A program made the position numbers and the translations under genes. A stretch of 64,000 nucleotides of DNA. Origin: Thermoanaerobaculia bacterium. Lineage in GTDB: Bacteria > Acidobacteriota > Thermoanaerobaculia > Gp7-AA8. Below, piece after piece: positions 1 through 9,071 of this stretch (position 1 is the stretch's first letter; each line of letters begins with the position of its first letter). The notes below the pieces were generated by a model. That model saw only the letters and a program-made list of their open reading frames with translations. It did no database searches and had not been told where the DNA came from. The stretch lies in the NCBI GenBank assembly GCA_038244815.1, contig JBBRTB010000005.1:16387-80386 (forward strand). Direction: 5' to 3'.

Positions 1-1
1 T

Positions 2-211
2 TTCGGCAACGAGGCCCTTCACCCCGGCACGCGCGACAGCGTGAACAACGTCGAAGAAGTGACGATCCCCACGCCCTTGACGGGAACGTACACCGTGAAC
101 GTCTCCGCTCCGATCATCGGCAGCGGCCCGCGGCAGTCTTACGCGCTGGTCATGACCTGCGATCTCGCTGCAGCAGCGCAGCCGGGCAAGCGCCGCGCCG
201 CAAGACACTGA
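2..211 (+). CDS. 3' end of a secreted subtilisin-like (S8) peptidase gene; the 5' part lies outside the window
   Basis: Frame is open from the window edge to TGA at 209-211. The translation ...DSVNNVEEVTIPTPLTGTYTVNVSAPIIGSGPRQSYALVMTCDL... resembles the C-terminal beta-sandwich signature (NNVE-V-I--P--G-Y-V-V ... Q-YALV) of many S8 proteases. Assignment is from motif memory only. Confidence 0.4.
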   Translation, partial: FGNEALHPGTRDSVNNVEEVTIPTPLTGTYTVNVSAPIIGSGPRQSYALVMTCDLAAAAQPGKRRAARH

Positions 212-215
212 TTCC

Positions 216-236
216 GGTCCTCGGTTCTCGGCCTGG
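216..236. repeat. Short heptamer tandem repeat (GGTCCTC GGTTCTC GGCCTGG), member of the intergenic repeat family
   Basis: Three consecutive related 7-mers sit between the upstream stop (211) and the serS start (253). Confidence 0.5.
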
Positions 237-252
237 TTTATGATCCCGCGCC

Positions 253-1521
253 ATGTTGTCCCGTGAGTATCTCCGCGAAAACGCCGATCAATACCGCACC
301 GCGCTCAGGAATCGGGGAGCGACAGTCGACCTGGAGCGCTTTCTCGAGCTCGACGCCGAGCGCCGGCGCATCATCGTCCAGGTGGAGGCGCTGAAGAATC
401 AGCGCAACGTCGCCTCGCAGGAAATCGCGAAGCTCAAGAAGAGCAAGGAGGACGCGTCGTCGCAGATCGAGGCCATGAAGCGTGTCGGCGACGACATCAA
501 GTTGCTCGACGAGCGCCTTGGGCTGATCGAAGAGGAGCTCAGGAACATTGAGCTGTACTTTCCGAACGTCCCGCACCACTCCGTCCCGGTGGGCGCCGAC
601 GAAACAGCCAATCGCGTCGAGCGCACGTGGGGGGAGAAACCGAAGTTCCCGTTTGCTCCCAAAGCGCACTGGGACATCGGCGAGGCGCTGGGCATCCTCG
701 ATTTCGATCGCGCCGCCAAGATCACCGGTGCGCGATTCACCGTGCTGTTCGGTGCGGCGGCGAAGCTCAACCGCGCCCTCATGAACTTCATGCTCGATCT
801 TCACGGCGAACAGGGTTACATCGAGGTGCTGCCTCCGTTCATGGTCAATGCCGATTCGCTGCGCGGGACCGGACAGTTGCCGAAGTTCGAAGAGGATCTC
901 TTCAAGGTCAGCGGAGAGAAGACGTATTACCTCGTGCCCACGGCGGAAGTGCCGGTGACGAATCTCCATCGCGAGGAGTTTCTCGACACATCACGGCTGA
1001 CGCTGTCGTACACCGCCTACACGCCCTGTTTTCGCGCCGAGGCGGGAGCGGCGGGACGCGACACGCGCGGACTGATCCGCCAGCATCAGTTCGAGAAAGT
1101 GGAGCTGGTGAAGTTCGCCATGCCGGACCGGTCGTGGGACGAGCTGGAACGTCTCACCGCCGACTCCGAGGCCGTGTTGCAGGCGATCGGGCTTCACTAT
1201 CGTGTGGTGACGCTGTCGACCGGCGACATGAGCCCGAGCTCGGCGAAGACGTACGACATCGAAGTCTGGCTGCCGGGACAGGAGACCTACCGCGAGATCG
1301 CCTCGTGCTCGAACTTCGTCGACTATCAGGCCCGGCGCGCGAACATCCGCTATCGCACGGCGGAGAAGAAGACCGGCTTCGTGCACACGCTCAACGGATC
1401 GGGTCTTCCGCTCGGCCGCACGCTCGTGGCCATCCTCGAGAACTTTCAGCAGGCGGACGGCTCGGTCGTCGTCCCCGAGGCGCTGCGGCAGTACATGGGA
1501 GGCCTGGAGCGGATCGTGTAG
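253..1521 (+). CDS. serS: Seryl-tRNA synthetase
   Basis: 422-aa ORF with an N-terminal coiled-coil arm ([22 protein letters not shown]) and class II core motifs ([25 protein letters not shown]; [17 protein letters not shown]). Confidence 0.95.
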   Translation: MLSREYLRENADQYRTALRNRGATVDLERFLELDAERRRIIVQVEALKNQRNVASQEIAKLKKSKEDASSQIEAMKRVGDDIKLLDERLGLIEEELRNIELYFPNVPHHSVPVGADETANRVERTWGEKPKFPFAPKAHWDIGEALGILDFDRAAKITGARFTVLFGAAAKLNRALMNFMLDLHGEQGYIEVLPPFMVNADSLRGTGQLPKFEEDLFKVSGEKTYYLVPTAEVPVTNLHREEFLDTSRLTLSYTAYTPCFRAEAGAAGRDTRGLIRQHQFEKVELVKFAMPDRSWDELERLTADSEAVLQAIGLHYRVVTLSTGDMSPSSAKTYDIEVWLPGQETYREIASCSNFVDYQARRANIRYRTAEKKTGFVHTLNGSGLPLGRTLVAILENFQQADGSVVVPEALRQYMGGLERIV

Positions 1522-1576
1522 CTGCCCCCGCCCGGATTCCTCGCGCTCTTCGGCGCTCGGAATGACGTCCGTGTAG

Positions 1577-1596
1577 GTGCCGGCTTCAGCCGGCAC
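1577..1596. terminator. REP-like GC hairpin (GTGCCGGC-TTCA-GCCGGCAC) between convergent genes; possible bidirectional terminator
   Basis: Perfect 8-bp stem with a 4-nt loop, between the serS stop (1521) and the stop of the minus-strand gene (1606). No U-tract. The same CCGGC-N4/5-GCCGG core recurs at 27315-27329 and 32206-32221. Confidence 0.4.
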
Positions 1597-1605
1597 GCAT
1601 AACCC

Positions 1606-2844
1606 TCACGGCTTCGAAGGTTCGAACAGGACCTCGTAGCGCAGGTCGGTCGCGCCGAGGCGCACCTGGTCGCCGTTGCGCAGCGTAGCGTGGAAGACTC
1701 GTCCGCCGTTGATCCAGATTCCGTTGCGGCTCTTCAGATCCTCGATAGCGTAGCCATCCGCGGTACGGAAGATCCGGGCGTGATATCCGGAGACGCCCAG
1801 GTCGGAGATCGGGATGGTGTTGTCGCGCTGTCGTCCGACGCTGTACTCCGATTCGGTCAACGGGATGACCCGGCCGGTCGTGGCGCCGTTGCCGATGGTG
1901 AGCTGCGCGACAACCGGCTTGATCACGTCGCTCCACGACAGGCGTGCATCGGTGGAGACGAGAAGCTCGGTGTCGTCGTCGGTGTCGTGGATGGTGGCGT
2001 CGAACCATGAAGGATGCTGTCTCATGGTGTCGTCCTGGGGTAAAGCCAGCGGCTTCTCGTCGGTGAGGCGATTGGTGTCTTCCGCCGATGGCGAGGCCTT
2101 GATGGCCTCGATCAGCCGGTTGCACTGCAGTCCATAGATGATGCGATAGACGCTCAGCGCATCGTCTTCGGCCTCGGCGACCAGCTCGGTCAGGGTGCGC
2201 TGTCCGTTGACGAGAAAGAGCACCTTCCACTCCTCCGCGCTCAGAGTGATCTTGTCGTCTTTCGGCGCGGAGACGACGCGAAACACCACCGAGTCGTCGG
2301 GCAGGAGCTGAACCACGTTCTCCCATTCCTCGATGCGCCGCGCCCCTTCCATGATCAGGTTCGGCAGGTCCACGGCGATCGTCACGGCGTAGTCGGGAAG
2401 CTGCAGGTCCTCGTTGAACCGGAAGGTCCCTTCCGTCCACACGAACGCGTCGTACACCACCTCGGACACCTGTACCTTGAGGGATTCGCGCACCTCTTCT
2501 TCGGTCAGGATGCCTTTCTGCATGGCGATCTGCCCGAAGCGTCCGCCCTGCTTGCGCATCACCGCGTCGATGTCCTGCTGCTGCTCCCGGGTGATCTTCT
2601 TTTTCCGCATGAGCAGGTTTCCGAGACGGAACTTCTCCTGATCCGATCCGGCGTAGACAAGCGAGCCGTTGCTGAACAGGACGTAGGACTGCCGGCCGAA
2701 GCCGGAGAGTATGAGCGTGCCGCTTTTACGGGCTCCGCTCAGGAGAGTCAGCACGTTGGGGAGCTTGAATGAGGCAAGGCTTCCCTGCAGCACGACTTCG
2801 GGCATGATGTGAGACGCGATTGTAGTACCGCTTACAATCGCCAC
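1606..2844 (-). CDS. DUF4388 (PatA-N-like) domain protein with a C-terminal FHA domain
   Basis: N-terminus LQGSLASFKLPNVLTLLSGARKSGTLILS...YVLFSNGSLVYA is typical of DUF4388. The C-terminus YSVGRQRDNTIPISDLGVSGYHARIF...IEDLKSRNGIWINGGRV is an FHA signature. The start may be M14 (2805), because 2844 leaves only 5 nt to the divergent MFS gene. Confidence 0.8.
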   Translation of the reverse strand: MAIVSGTTIASHIMPEVVLQGSLASFKLPNVLTLLSGARKSGTLILSGFGRQSYVLFSNGSLVYAGSDQEKFRLGNLLMRKKKITREQQQDIDAVMRKQGGRFGQIAMQKGILTEEEVRESLKVQVSEVVYDAFVWTEGTFRFNEDLQLPDYAVTIAVDLPNLIMEGARRIEEWENVVQLLPDDSVVFRVVSAPKDDKITLSAEEWKVLFLVNGQRTLTELVAEAEDDALSVYRIIYGLQCNRLIEAIKASPSAEDTNRLTDEKPLALPQDDTMRQHPSWFDATIHDTDDDTELLVSTDARLSWSDVIKPVVAQLTIGNGATTGRVIPLTESEYSVGRQRDNTIPISDLGVSGYHARIFRTADGYAIEDLKSRNGIWINGGRVFHATLRNGDQVRLGATDLRYEVLFEPSKP

Positions 2845-2849
2845 CGGCC

Positions 2850-4058
2850 ATGGGGAAGCGCAATTCTGGGCACGCCGTTCTGGCGGGGTTTCTCGGGTGG
2901 ACGCTCGACGCCTTCGATTTTTTCGTCGTGGTCTTTCTCTTCGACACGCTGGCGGCGCAGTTCCACGTCCCGAAGTCGCAGATCATCGCCACGCTCACGG
3001 CCACGCTGATCTTCCGTCCGGTGGGGGCGATCATCTTCGGCTTCCTGGCCGACCGCTTCGGCCGCCGCGGCCCGCTGATGGCGAACGTCATCTACTTCTC
3101 GATCATCGAGCTCTTGTCGGGATTCTCGCAGACCTACATGCAGTTCCTGATTCTGCGGGCGCTGTTCGGCATCGGGATGGGAGGGGAGTGGGGCGTGGGC
3201 GCGTCGATGGCCATGGAGCATGCGCCGCGAAAATGGCGCGGTGTGCTGTCGGGCGTCCTGCAGAGCGGGTATTCGATCGGGTTCCTGCTCGCCGCGGCGG
3301 CGGCTCGCTTCGTTCTTCCGTTCGCGGGATGGCGCTGGATGTTCTGGCTCGGTGCGCTGCCGGCACTGCTGGCCTTGTACATCCGTAGAAACGTCCCGGA
3401 GTCGGAAGCGTGGCTCGAGCATCGCGCCGGAACGATGAAGGACATCGGTCGCGAGCTCAAAGCACATGCGCCGGCGTTCGGCTACGTAGTCCTGCTCATG
3501 ACGTTCATGATGTTTCTGTCTCACGGCACGCAGGACCTCTATCCCGACTTCCTGCGGCACGGCCACGGCGTCGCCGCCGCCACCGCCGCGAACATCACCA
3601 TCCTCGGCAACATCGGCGCCGTGCTGGGTGCGATCATCTTCGGCCACTTCTCCCAGCGCATCGGCCGGCGGTACAGCATGATCGTGGCGCTGGTGCTGTC
3701 GCTGTGTGTCATGCCTATCTGGGCATTCGGATCGTCGCTGGCCGTGCTGGCCATCGGAGCATTTCTCATGCAGGCCGGCGTGCAGGGAGCGTGGGGCATC
3801 ATCCCCGTTCACCTCAACGAGCTTTCGCCGGACCGCGTCCGCGGCATCGTTCCCGGGCTCGGATATCAGCTCGGCATCATCGTGGCGTCGCCCACCGGCC
3901 AGATCGAGCACGCCCTCAAGGACCGCGTCGGCTACTCGTGGGCCATGGCCGGCTTCGAGCTGGTGGTCATCGTCAGCCTTACCGTCATCCTCCTGATGGG
4001 CCGCGAGCAGCGCGGGCGCAGCTTCTACTCCGGAGATCTGCTCGTCGAGCGGGATTGA
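2850..4058 (+). CDS. MFS transporter (sugar-acid/NanT-YjhB-like subfamily)
   Basis: 402 aa with about 12 predicted TM segments. MFS motifs FGFLADRFGRRGPL and GGEWGVGASMAMEHAPRKWRG are present. Confidence 0.85.
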   Translation: MGKRNSGHAVLAGFLGWTLDAFDFFVVVFLFDTLAAQFHVPKSQIIATLTATLIFRPVGAIIFGFLADRFGRRGPLMANVIYFSIIELLSGFSQTYMQFLILRALFGIGMGGEWGVGASMAMEHAPRKWRGVLSGVLQSGYSIGFLLAAAAARFVLPFAGWRWMFWLGALPALLALYIRRNVPESEAWLEHRAGTMKDIGRELKAHAPAFGYVVLLMTFMMFLSHGTQDLYPDFLRHGHGVAAATAANITILGNIGAVLGAIIFGHFSQRIGRRYSMIVALVLSLCVMPIWAFGSSLAVLAIGAFLMQAGVQGAWGIIPVHLNELSPDRVRGIVPGLGYQLGIIVASPTGQIEHALKDRVGYSWAMAGFELVVIVSLTVILLMGREQRGRSFYSGDLLVERD

Positions 4059-4071
4059 ACCGAGGCCCGAG

Positions 4072-5025
4072 TCACAACGTGTGCATCACCGCGTAGAGCG
4101 ACACGATCGAGATCGTGATCCAGAGCAGGACGCCGAGGACGAGAGGACGGACGCCGACGGCGGCGATCGCTTTTCGCGAGAGTCCCGCGCCGATCAGAAA
4201 CAGCGTCACCTTGAGCAGGGCCACGGCCGCGGCGGCGATCGAGCTCCACAGTACGACCGGAGCGGGGACGTACGTGCGCACGATCGATGCGATCAGAAAC
4301 AGCAGGATGAACCACGGCATGGTGATCTTCGTCGACTTCCGCCGAAAGGCAGCAGCGGCGCCCAGCGTCAGCGGAACGATCCAGAGTGCGCGGGCGAGCT
4401 TGACGGGCGTGGCGATGCGCAACGCCTCCAACCCGTAGCGCGACGCCGCGCCGACCACCGAGCTGGTGTCGTGAATGGCGATGGCCGCCCAGACGCCGAA
4501 CTGACGCTGCGTCATGTGCAGCACGCCGCCGATCATCGGAAAGACGAAGAGTGCGATCGAGTTCAGGATGAAGACCGTGGCCAGCGAGACCGAGATCTCG
4601 TCGTCGGAGGCGTCGATCACCGGCGCCACCGCGGCGATGGCGCTGCCGCCGCAGATGGCCGTGCCAGAGGAGATGAGTGTCGCGGTGGTCTGATTCACAT
4701 GCAGCGCACGCCCGGCCAGAAAGCCGAGGATCAGCGTGCCCGCAATCGTCACGATGGTGAAGAGGACGCCGGTCTTTCCGGCGGTCAGGACCTGCTGCAG
4801 GTTCATCCCGAACCCGAGGCCGACCACCGAAGCCTGCAGCAGGATCTTCGCCGCGCGCGAGCCTTGCTTCGGGAACGGATGAGTCACTGTCAGCGCGAAG
4901 GCGATGCCGAGGGCCAGCGCGATGGGAGGCGTGATCCAGGGCGTGAGGCAGAGGATCGCCAGTACGGAAAAGAGAACGATCGTCACCGGACGTGCTGTTT
5001 GAAGAACGCGATCGTCCTCCGCCAC
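4072..5025 (-). CDS. YeiH/UPF0324 family putative sulfate exporter-type membrane protein
   Basis: 317 aa and polytopic. The pattern ...SSGTAICGGSAIAAVAPVI... and ...WAAIAIHDTSSVVGAA... is characteristic of the YeiH family. Confidence 0.75.
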   Translation of the reverse strand: MAEDDRVLQTARPVTIVLFSVLAILCLTPWITPPIALALGIAFALTVTHPFPKQGSRAAKILLQASVVGLGFGMNLQQVLTAGKTGVLFTIVTIAGTLILGFLAGRALHVNQTTATLISSGTAICGGSAIAAVAPVIDASDDEISVSLATVFILNSIALFVFPMIGGVLHMTQRQFGVWAAIAIHDTSSVVGAASRYGLEALRIATPVKLARALWIVPLTLGAAAAFRRKSTKITMPWFILLFLIASIVRTYVPAPVVLWSSIAAAAVALLKVTLFLIGAGLSRKAIAAVGVRPLVLGVLLWITISIVSLYAVMHTL

Positions 5026-5645
5026 GCGTCCTCCGCCGCCTCCGGCTTGTAGTTTCTGCCCGTTTCGTTGAAGAAGGCGTGTCCGGCGCCGGGATACACG
5101 TTCAGCTCGACGGTCTTGCCGAGCTGCTTCAACTTCTGCTCGAGCTCGCGTCCCTGTTTAGCGGGGACGCCGGGATCGTCTGCACCATAGATCAGGAGAA
5201 TCGGGCCGGAGAGGCCCGCCCAGTCGATGGGAGCCTTGCGCAAGGCGCCGTAGAAGCTGACGGTCGCTGCCGCGTTGCTCTGGCGCGAACCGGCAAGCTG
5301 GGCGAGCCCACCGCCCATGCAGAAGCCGACCACACCGTAACTCTTCGACGTGCACTCGGGACGATTGAGAAGAAACTCGCCGGCGTGGGCGATCTCGCGC
5401 TCGGCGCGTTCGGCGTCCAACTCCATGGCCAGCCGCTGTGCCTCGTCCGGCGATTTCGCGGCCTGGCCGTGGTACAGATCGGGTGCGATGGCCAGGAAGC
5501 CCTCCCTGGCGAAACGATCGACGACGCCCTCGATCTGCTTGACCAGTCCCCACCACTCCTGAATGACCACGATTGCCGGCCCCGTGCCCGCGAAATATCC
5601 CGTCGTGGCGCCGCCGTTTGACAAAAGCTCAGCGCGTTCGCCCAT
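4983..5645 (-). CDS. Dienelactone hydrolase family protein
   Basis: 220 aa. Contains IVVIQEWWGL...FLAIAPDLYHG, a nucleophile elbow GVVGFCMGG, and a C-terminal GAGHAF motif. Confidence 0.85.
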   Translation of the reverse strand: MGERAELLSNGGATTGYFAGTGPAIVVIQEWWGLVKQIEGVVDRFAREGFLAIAPDLYHGQAAKSPDEAQRLAMELDAERAEREIAHAGEFLLNRPECTSKSYGVVGFCMGGGLAQLAGSRQSNAAATVSFYGALRKAPIDWAGLSGPILLIYGADDPGVPAKQGRELEQKLKQLGKTVELNVYPGAGHAFFNETGRNYKPEAAEDAWRRTIAFFKQHVR

Positions 5646-5755
5646 GGCATCCCTCCGAGCGGCGCATTGTAGACGTCCAGCGTGACGTTTGGCGGCTTTG
5701 TCACGTAACAGAAGGAACGATGTGCGAGAATCGAGCGCACCCCGGGAAGGAGCTC

Positions 5756-6013
5756 ATGCCTCACATCAGTCGGGAGCAGGTGAAAGGGCTGGCCAAGAGG
5801 GCGCAGTGTCCCCGCTGCGATCTCAACAAGACCATCGGCAACGCGCTCTGCCGGCGGTGCCGCAGCAAACTGCCCGCGCACATGCGCGGAGCTCTCGAAG
5901 CCGTGGAGACGAAGGACGAGTGGATGGTGAGCCGCGCTCTCCACGCGGCGGCGAACTACTTCAACGTCCACTTCCAGTCGGTCCGGAACTTCGGAGGCGG
6001 GAAGAAGCGCTAG
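5756..6013 (+). CDS. Small hypothetical protein with a CxxC...CxxC zinc-ribbon-like motif
   Basis: ATG at 5756 is preceded by GGAAGGAG. The 85-aa product contains CPRC-N11-CRRC. The longer 5573 start overlaps the dienelactone hydrolase gene in antisense. The 3' end overlaps the convergent anti-sigma gene by 53 nt. Confidence 0.45.
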   Translation: MPHISREQVKGLAKRAQCPRCDLNKTIGNALCRRCRSKLPAHMRGALEAVETKDEWMVSRALHAAANYFNVHFQSVRNFGGGKKR

Positions 6014-7349
6014 CCGCGGCGGCCAGCTCTCTCGCTCTCAGGTCGTCCGGCTCTTCCGTGGCCAGCTTTTCCGCGGTCCTGGCGAGATCATCCGGAGACG
6101 CGGTTCCCGTCAGCGATTCACTCCAAACGGCGCCGAGCGTGGCCAGACGATGCCGACGCGAAGCCGAATCCCAGTTGCGCTCGACGTCCGACGCGTGCAC
6201 GACACGCGTGATCGAGTGCGTCCTGTCGTCGCTCAGCGCCCGGTAGCGCAATGTCAGCGTGGCGATCGTCGTTCCCGGGCTGATCGCCGGCCTCAGTTTC
6301 ACATCCATGAGTCCGGTCACCGAGACGTTCGTGAGCAGCGCCGACTGCGACTTCAGCTCGTCGGCGCCCAGCAGGCGATGCGTGATCACGGCGGTACTGT
6401 TGAGCGTGATCGCCAGATCGGCCCCCGTCGCGAAAACGGCCGGGGCGCCCCGCGGCGTTTCGATCGTGAAACGCACGAGGGCCGTGTTCTCCGGCGCCAG
6501 CGGGGCACGCGAGGCCTCGACGTCGAGTTGCACGCCGCGCCGCCCGGCAGTGTCGCGCTGCGAGAAATAGTTGATCAGTGCCGAGGTGTCGACGCTGCGC
6601 GCCGCCGGCCGCTCCCCCTGCTCGATCTCGCGCCTCACCCGATCGAAGGCCAGCGGATCGACCGACAGTCCGAAGAGCTCGTTCGGCGGTACCACGGTGC
6701 CGGCGATGCGGCCCACGTTCATCGTGGCGGCTTCCGGTCTCGCGGCGGCTCGATCGGCCACCTGGTCCTCGGCCTGGCGGGTGAGCATCGGTGCCGGAGC
6801 TTCCGCCGTGGCCGGGACTGGAGCGGCCGCGCCGCCTACGGCCACGGCGCCTGCGGCCACGGCGGAGGCCGGCTCGGTCTTCTCTTTCGGCGATTCCAGA
6901 GCGACGACGCTGTTCGACTTCGCGATTTTCTTGCGCGCGTCGGCGAAGGCCTCCTCGTTTTCGTCGCGCCTGACCACCTTGCTGACCTCGGAGACCTGGC
7001 CCTTGTCCAGATCCTTCTTGTTTTCTGCGAGCGTGATGGTCACTTCCGCCTGCGGCGATGCCGGAGCCGCGCGCCGCGACACCATCGACGGCGGTGCGCT
7101 GGCGATCTTCGTGTCGCTGTGCGACAGAACCTGCAAGGCGATGTACGCGGACGAGATGACGACGATGATGGAGGCGGCTATACCGAGACTGAACGTGGCC
7201 GATCGCGAGAACCGCGTGCGATTGCGCTCCACGCTCATCAGGTTCTTCGGGATGTCCGCTTTCAGCCGCTCCGACAGGCCGGCCGGCGGTTTGGGCACGG
7301 AAGTCATCGACAACTTCCGCTGCAGGTCGGCTTTTCTATTCTGGTTCAT
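5961..7349 (-). CDS. Membrane anti-sigma factor with a YfbK-like (vWA-N-terminal plus DUF3520-like) extracytoplasmic region
   Basis: Start overlaps the ECF sigma stop (ATGA at 7346-7349). One TM segment (ATFSLGIAASIIVVISSAYIALQVL). The outer part carries LSVDPLAFDRVRREIEQGERP...VDTSALINYF (vWA N-terminal-like) and a C-terminal DUF3520-like segment. No vWA MIDAS core is recognisable between them. Confidence 0.7.
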   Translation of the reverse strand: MNQNRKADLQRKLSMTSVPKPPAGLSERLKADIPKNLMSVERNRTRFSRSATFSLGIAASIIVVISSAYIALQVLSHSDTKIASAPPSMVSRRAAPASPQAEVTITLAENKKDLDKGQVSEVSKVVRRDENEEAFADARKKIAKSNSVVALESPKEKTEPASAVAAGAVAVGGAAAPVPATAEAPAPMLTRQAEDQVADRAAARPEAATMNVGRIAGTVVPPNELFGLSVDPLAFDRVRREIEQGERPAARSVDTSALINYFSQRDTAGRRGVQLDVEASRAPLAPENTALVRFTIETPRGAPAVFATGADLAITLNSTAVITHRLLGADELKSQSALLTNVSVTGLMDVKLRPAISPGTTIATLTLRYRALSDDRTHSITRVVHASDVERNWDSASRRHRLATLGAVWSESLTGTASPDDLARTAEKLATEEPDDLRARELAAAASASSRLRSSGPTGSGR

Positions 7350-7990
7350 GTGATGTCCTCGTCGAGAATCGATTCCAGCAGCGTGAAGGCCTTGTGCAGC
7401 CGCTTGCGAATCGCGACGGTTGTGATGTGCTCGAGCCCGGCAATCTCCTTTACGGCCAGCCCGCCCCAGAAATGCGCCGTCACGGTGAAGCGCAGGTTGT
7501 CGGGAAGACGAAGCACCGCGGCGCGCAGCCGCGCCGATTCTTCGTTCGCCGACAGGACCTGCTCCGCGGACGGAGCACCGTCACTGACCTCCGGCACGCG
7601 GTCGTCGTCCATGGAGGTGACGCGGCGCGGCCGCCGGATGTGATTGAGAAACGTCGTATAAGCGATGCGATAGAGCCATGTGAACAGTTGCGAGCGTCCG
7701 TCGAAACCGGGAAGCGCCGCCCATGCTTTCTGATACGTCTCCTGAGTCAGGTCGGCAGCGAGATCGCTGTCGGCACACAATCGAAAGAGCGAGGCGAACA
7801 CGGCCGAATACGTGCGATCGACGAGCTCTTCCGCCGCACCGCGATCGCCCGAGCGGATCGCTTCCAGAAGCTGGCGCTCCTCGCCCCACCGCGCGCGGAT
7901 GTCGCCTTCAGGCTGCCTGGACGGAAACTCCGCAACGTTCGCCACTGGCCTCGGTCCTCGGTCCTCGGTCCTCGGTCCTCGGTTTTTCAC
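7346..7990 (-). CDS. ECF-type RNA polymerase sigma-70 factor
   Basis: Region 2 (DLTQETYQKAWAALPGFDGRSQLFTWLYRIAYTTFLNHIRR) and region 4 (LRFTVTAHFWGGLAVKEIAGLEHITTVAIRKRLHKA) are present. The first 15 codons are encoded by the heptamer repeat array (RGPRTEDRGPR), so the true start is more likely GTG at 7945. Confidence 0.85.
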   Translation of the reverse strand: MKNRGPRTEDRGPRPVANVAEFPSRQPEGDIRARWGEERQLLEAIRSGDRGAAEELVDRTYSAVFASLFRLCADSDLAADLTQETYQKAWAALPGFDGRSQLFTWLYRIAYTTFLNHIRRPRRVTSMDDDRVPEVSDGAPSAEQVLSANEESARLRAAVLRLPDNLRFTVTAHFWGGLAVKEIAGLEHITTVAIRKRLHKAFTLLESILDEDIT

Positions 7991-8041
7991 CTGGTCTCCG
8001 TCCTCAACCGAGGACCGAGGACCCAGGACCGAGGACCAGGG
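7947..8041. repeat. Heptamer-array hairpin: (GGTCCTC)x5 ... 25-nt spacer ... (GAGGACC)-type x4-5
   Basis: The left arm (7947-7982) and right arm (8008-8041) are reverse complements built from tandem 7-mers. They lie between the divergent ECF sigma and DUF1684 genes. Confidence 0.9.
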
Positions 8042-8104
8042 ACTACTGATTGGACACCCGTGTGTGACTCTTCGAAACCGCGTTCTCCTTTATCCTACGC
8101 TGCT

Positions 8105-8959
8105 GTGCACAGACTTCTTGCTCTCCTGCTCCTGGTGGCGGCGGTCCAGCCGCTCGATCGCGCCGCGTTCGAGCGGGATGAAAGCGAGTGGCGCCAGCGG
8201 CGCTCGGCAGGCCTGCGGGCCGAGGATAGCTGGCTGACCCTGGTCGGACTGGACTGGCTGAACGAAGGCCCCAACGAGTTGAAGATTCCCGGCGGGCCTG
8301 CGGGCACGGTCGTGCTGCGTCATGGCAGCACCGTTCTCGAGCCCGTGACGGGCTCGCGGCTGACGATCGCTGGGAAGGATGTGACCGGCCCGGTCGAATT
8401 GCAGAACGACGCCGCGGCGGACGGCCCGACGATCGTGAAGCGCGCCGGCGTGCAGTTCCAGATCATCCGGCGCAATGAGCGCTACGCCGTCCGCGTGAAA
8501 GATGCGCAGAGCGATGCCCGCGTACACTTCAAGGGTCTCGACTACTTTCCGCCCGACCCGAAATGGCGCCTGGTCGCGAAATACGAGCCGTACAACCCGC
8601 CGAAGAAAATCCCCATCACGAACGTCCTGGGAATGACCAGCAACGAGATCTCGCCGGGCGCGCTACGGTTCCAGGTGGGCGGCAGGGAGTACCGCATCGA
8701 TCCGATTCTCGAGCAGGGCGAGAAGGATCTCTTCCTCATCATCAAGGATAAGACCAGCCGCGACTCCACCTACCCGGCGGCGCGATATCTCTACGCGAAG
8801 GTCCCCGGCCCCGACGGAACCACCGTCGTCGACTTCAATAAGGCTTACAACCCGCCGTGCGCGTTCACCCCGTTCGCGACCTGCCCGCTACCACCGCGCC
8901 AGAACGTCCTTCCGTTCCGGATCGAAGCGGGGGAGAAGCGGTACGCGGGGCATCATTAG
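8105..8959 (+). CDS. DUF1684 domain-containing protein (secreted)
   Basis: GTG at 8105 gives a signal-like N-terminus VHRLLALLLLVAAVQP. The body (WRQRRSAGLRAEDSWLTLVGLDWL...YNPPCAFTPFATCPLPPRQN) is the DUF1684 pattern. The ORF-track extension back to 7394 is antisense to the sigma gene. Confidence 0.8.
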   Translation: MHRLLALLLLVAAVQPLDRAAFERDESEWRQRRSAGLRAEDSWLTLVGLDWLNEGPNELKIPGGPAGTVVLRHGSTVLEPVTGSRLTIAGKDVTGPVELQNDAAADGPTIVKRAGVQFQIIRRNERYAVRVKDAQSDARVHFKGLDYFPPDPKWRLVAKYEPYNPPKKIPITNVLGMTSNEISPGALRFQVGGREYRIDPILEQGEKDLFLIIKDKTSRDSTYPAARYLYAKVPGPDGTTVVDFNKAYNPPCAFTPFATCPLPPRQNVLPFRIEAGEKRYAGHH

Positions 8960-8994
8960 GGTCGTGGGTCGTCGGTCGTGGGTCGTGTGGGCGT
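8959..8994. repeat. Heptamer tandem repeat (GGGTCGT)x4-5 directly after the DUF1684 stop codon
   Basis: GGGTCGT GGGTCGT CGGTCGT GGGTCGT GTGGGCGT. The repeated GGG runs give G-quadruplex potential. No inverted partner is adjacent. Confidence 0.8.
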
Positions 8995-9022
8995 CAGCGC
9001 TTCGAGGCCCATAGGTAGACCA

Positions 9023-9068
9023 TGTCAAGTACGCTTGACATCTCGAATGGTGTCAAGTACGCTTTACG
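9023..9068 (+). promoter_or_regulatory. Two operator-like sites upstream of the XRE gene, containing a TTGACA -35-like hexamer
   Basis: Perfect palindrome TGTCAAG-TACG-CTTGACA at 9023-9040. A second copy TGTCAAGTACGCTTTACG at 9051-9068 ends 3 nt before the TTG start at 9072. Centres are 28 bp apart. Confidence 0.55.
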
Positions 9069-9071
9069 TGC

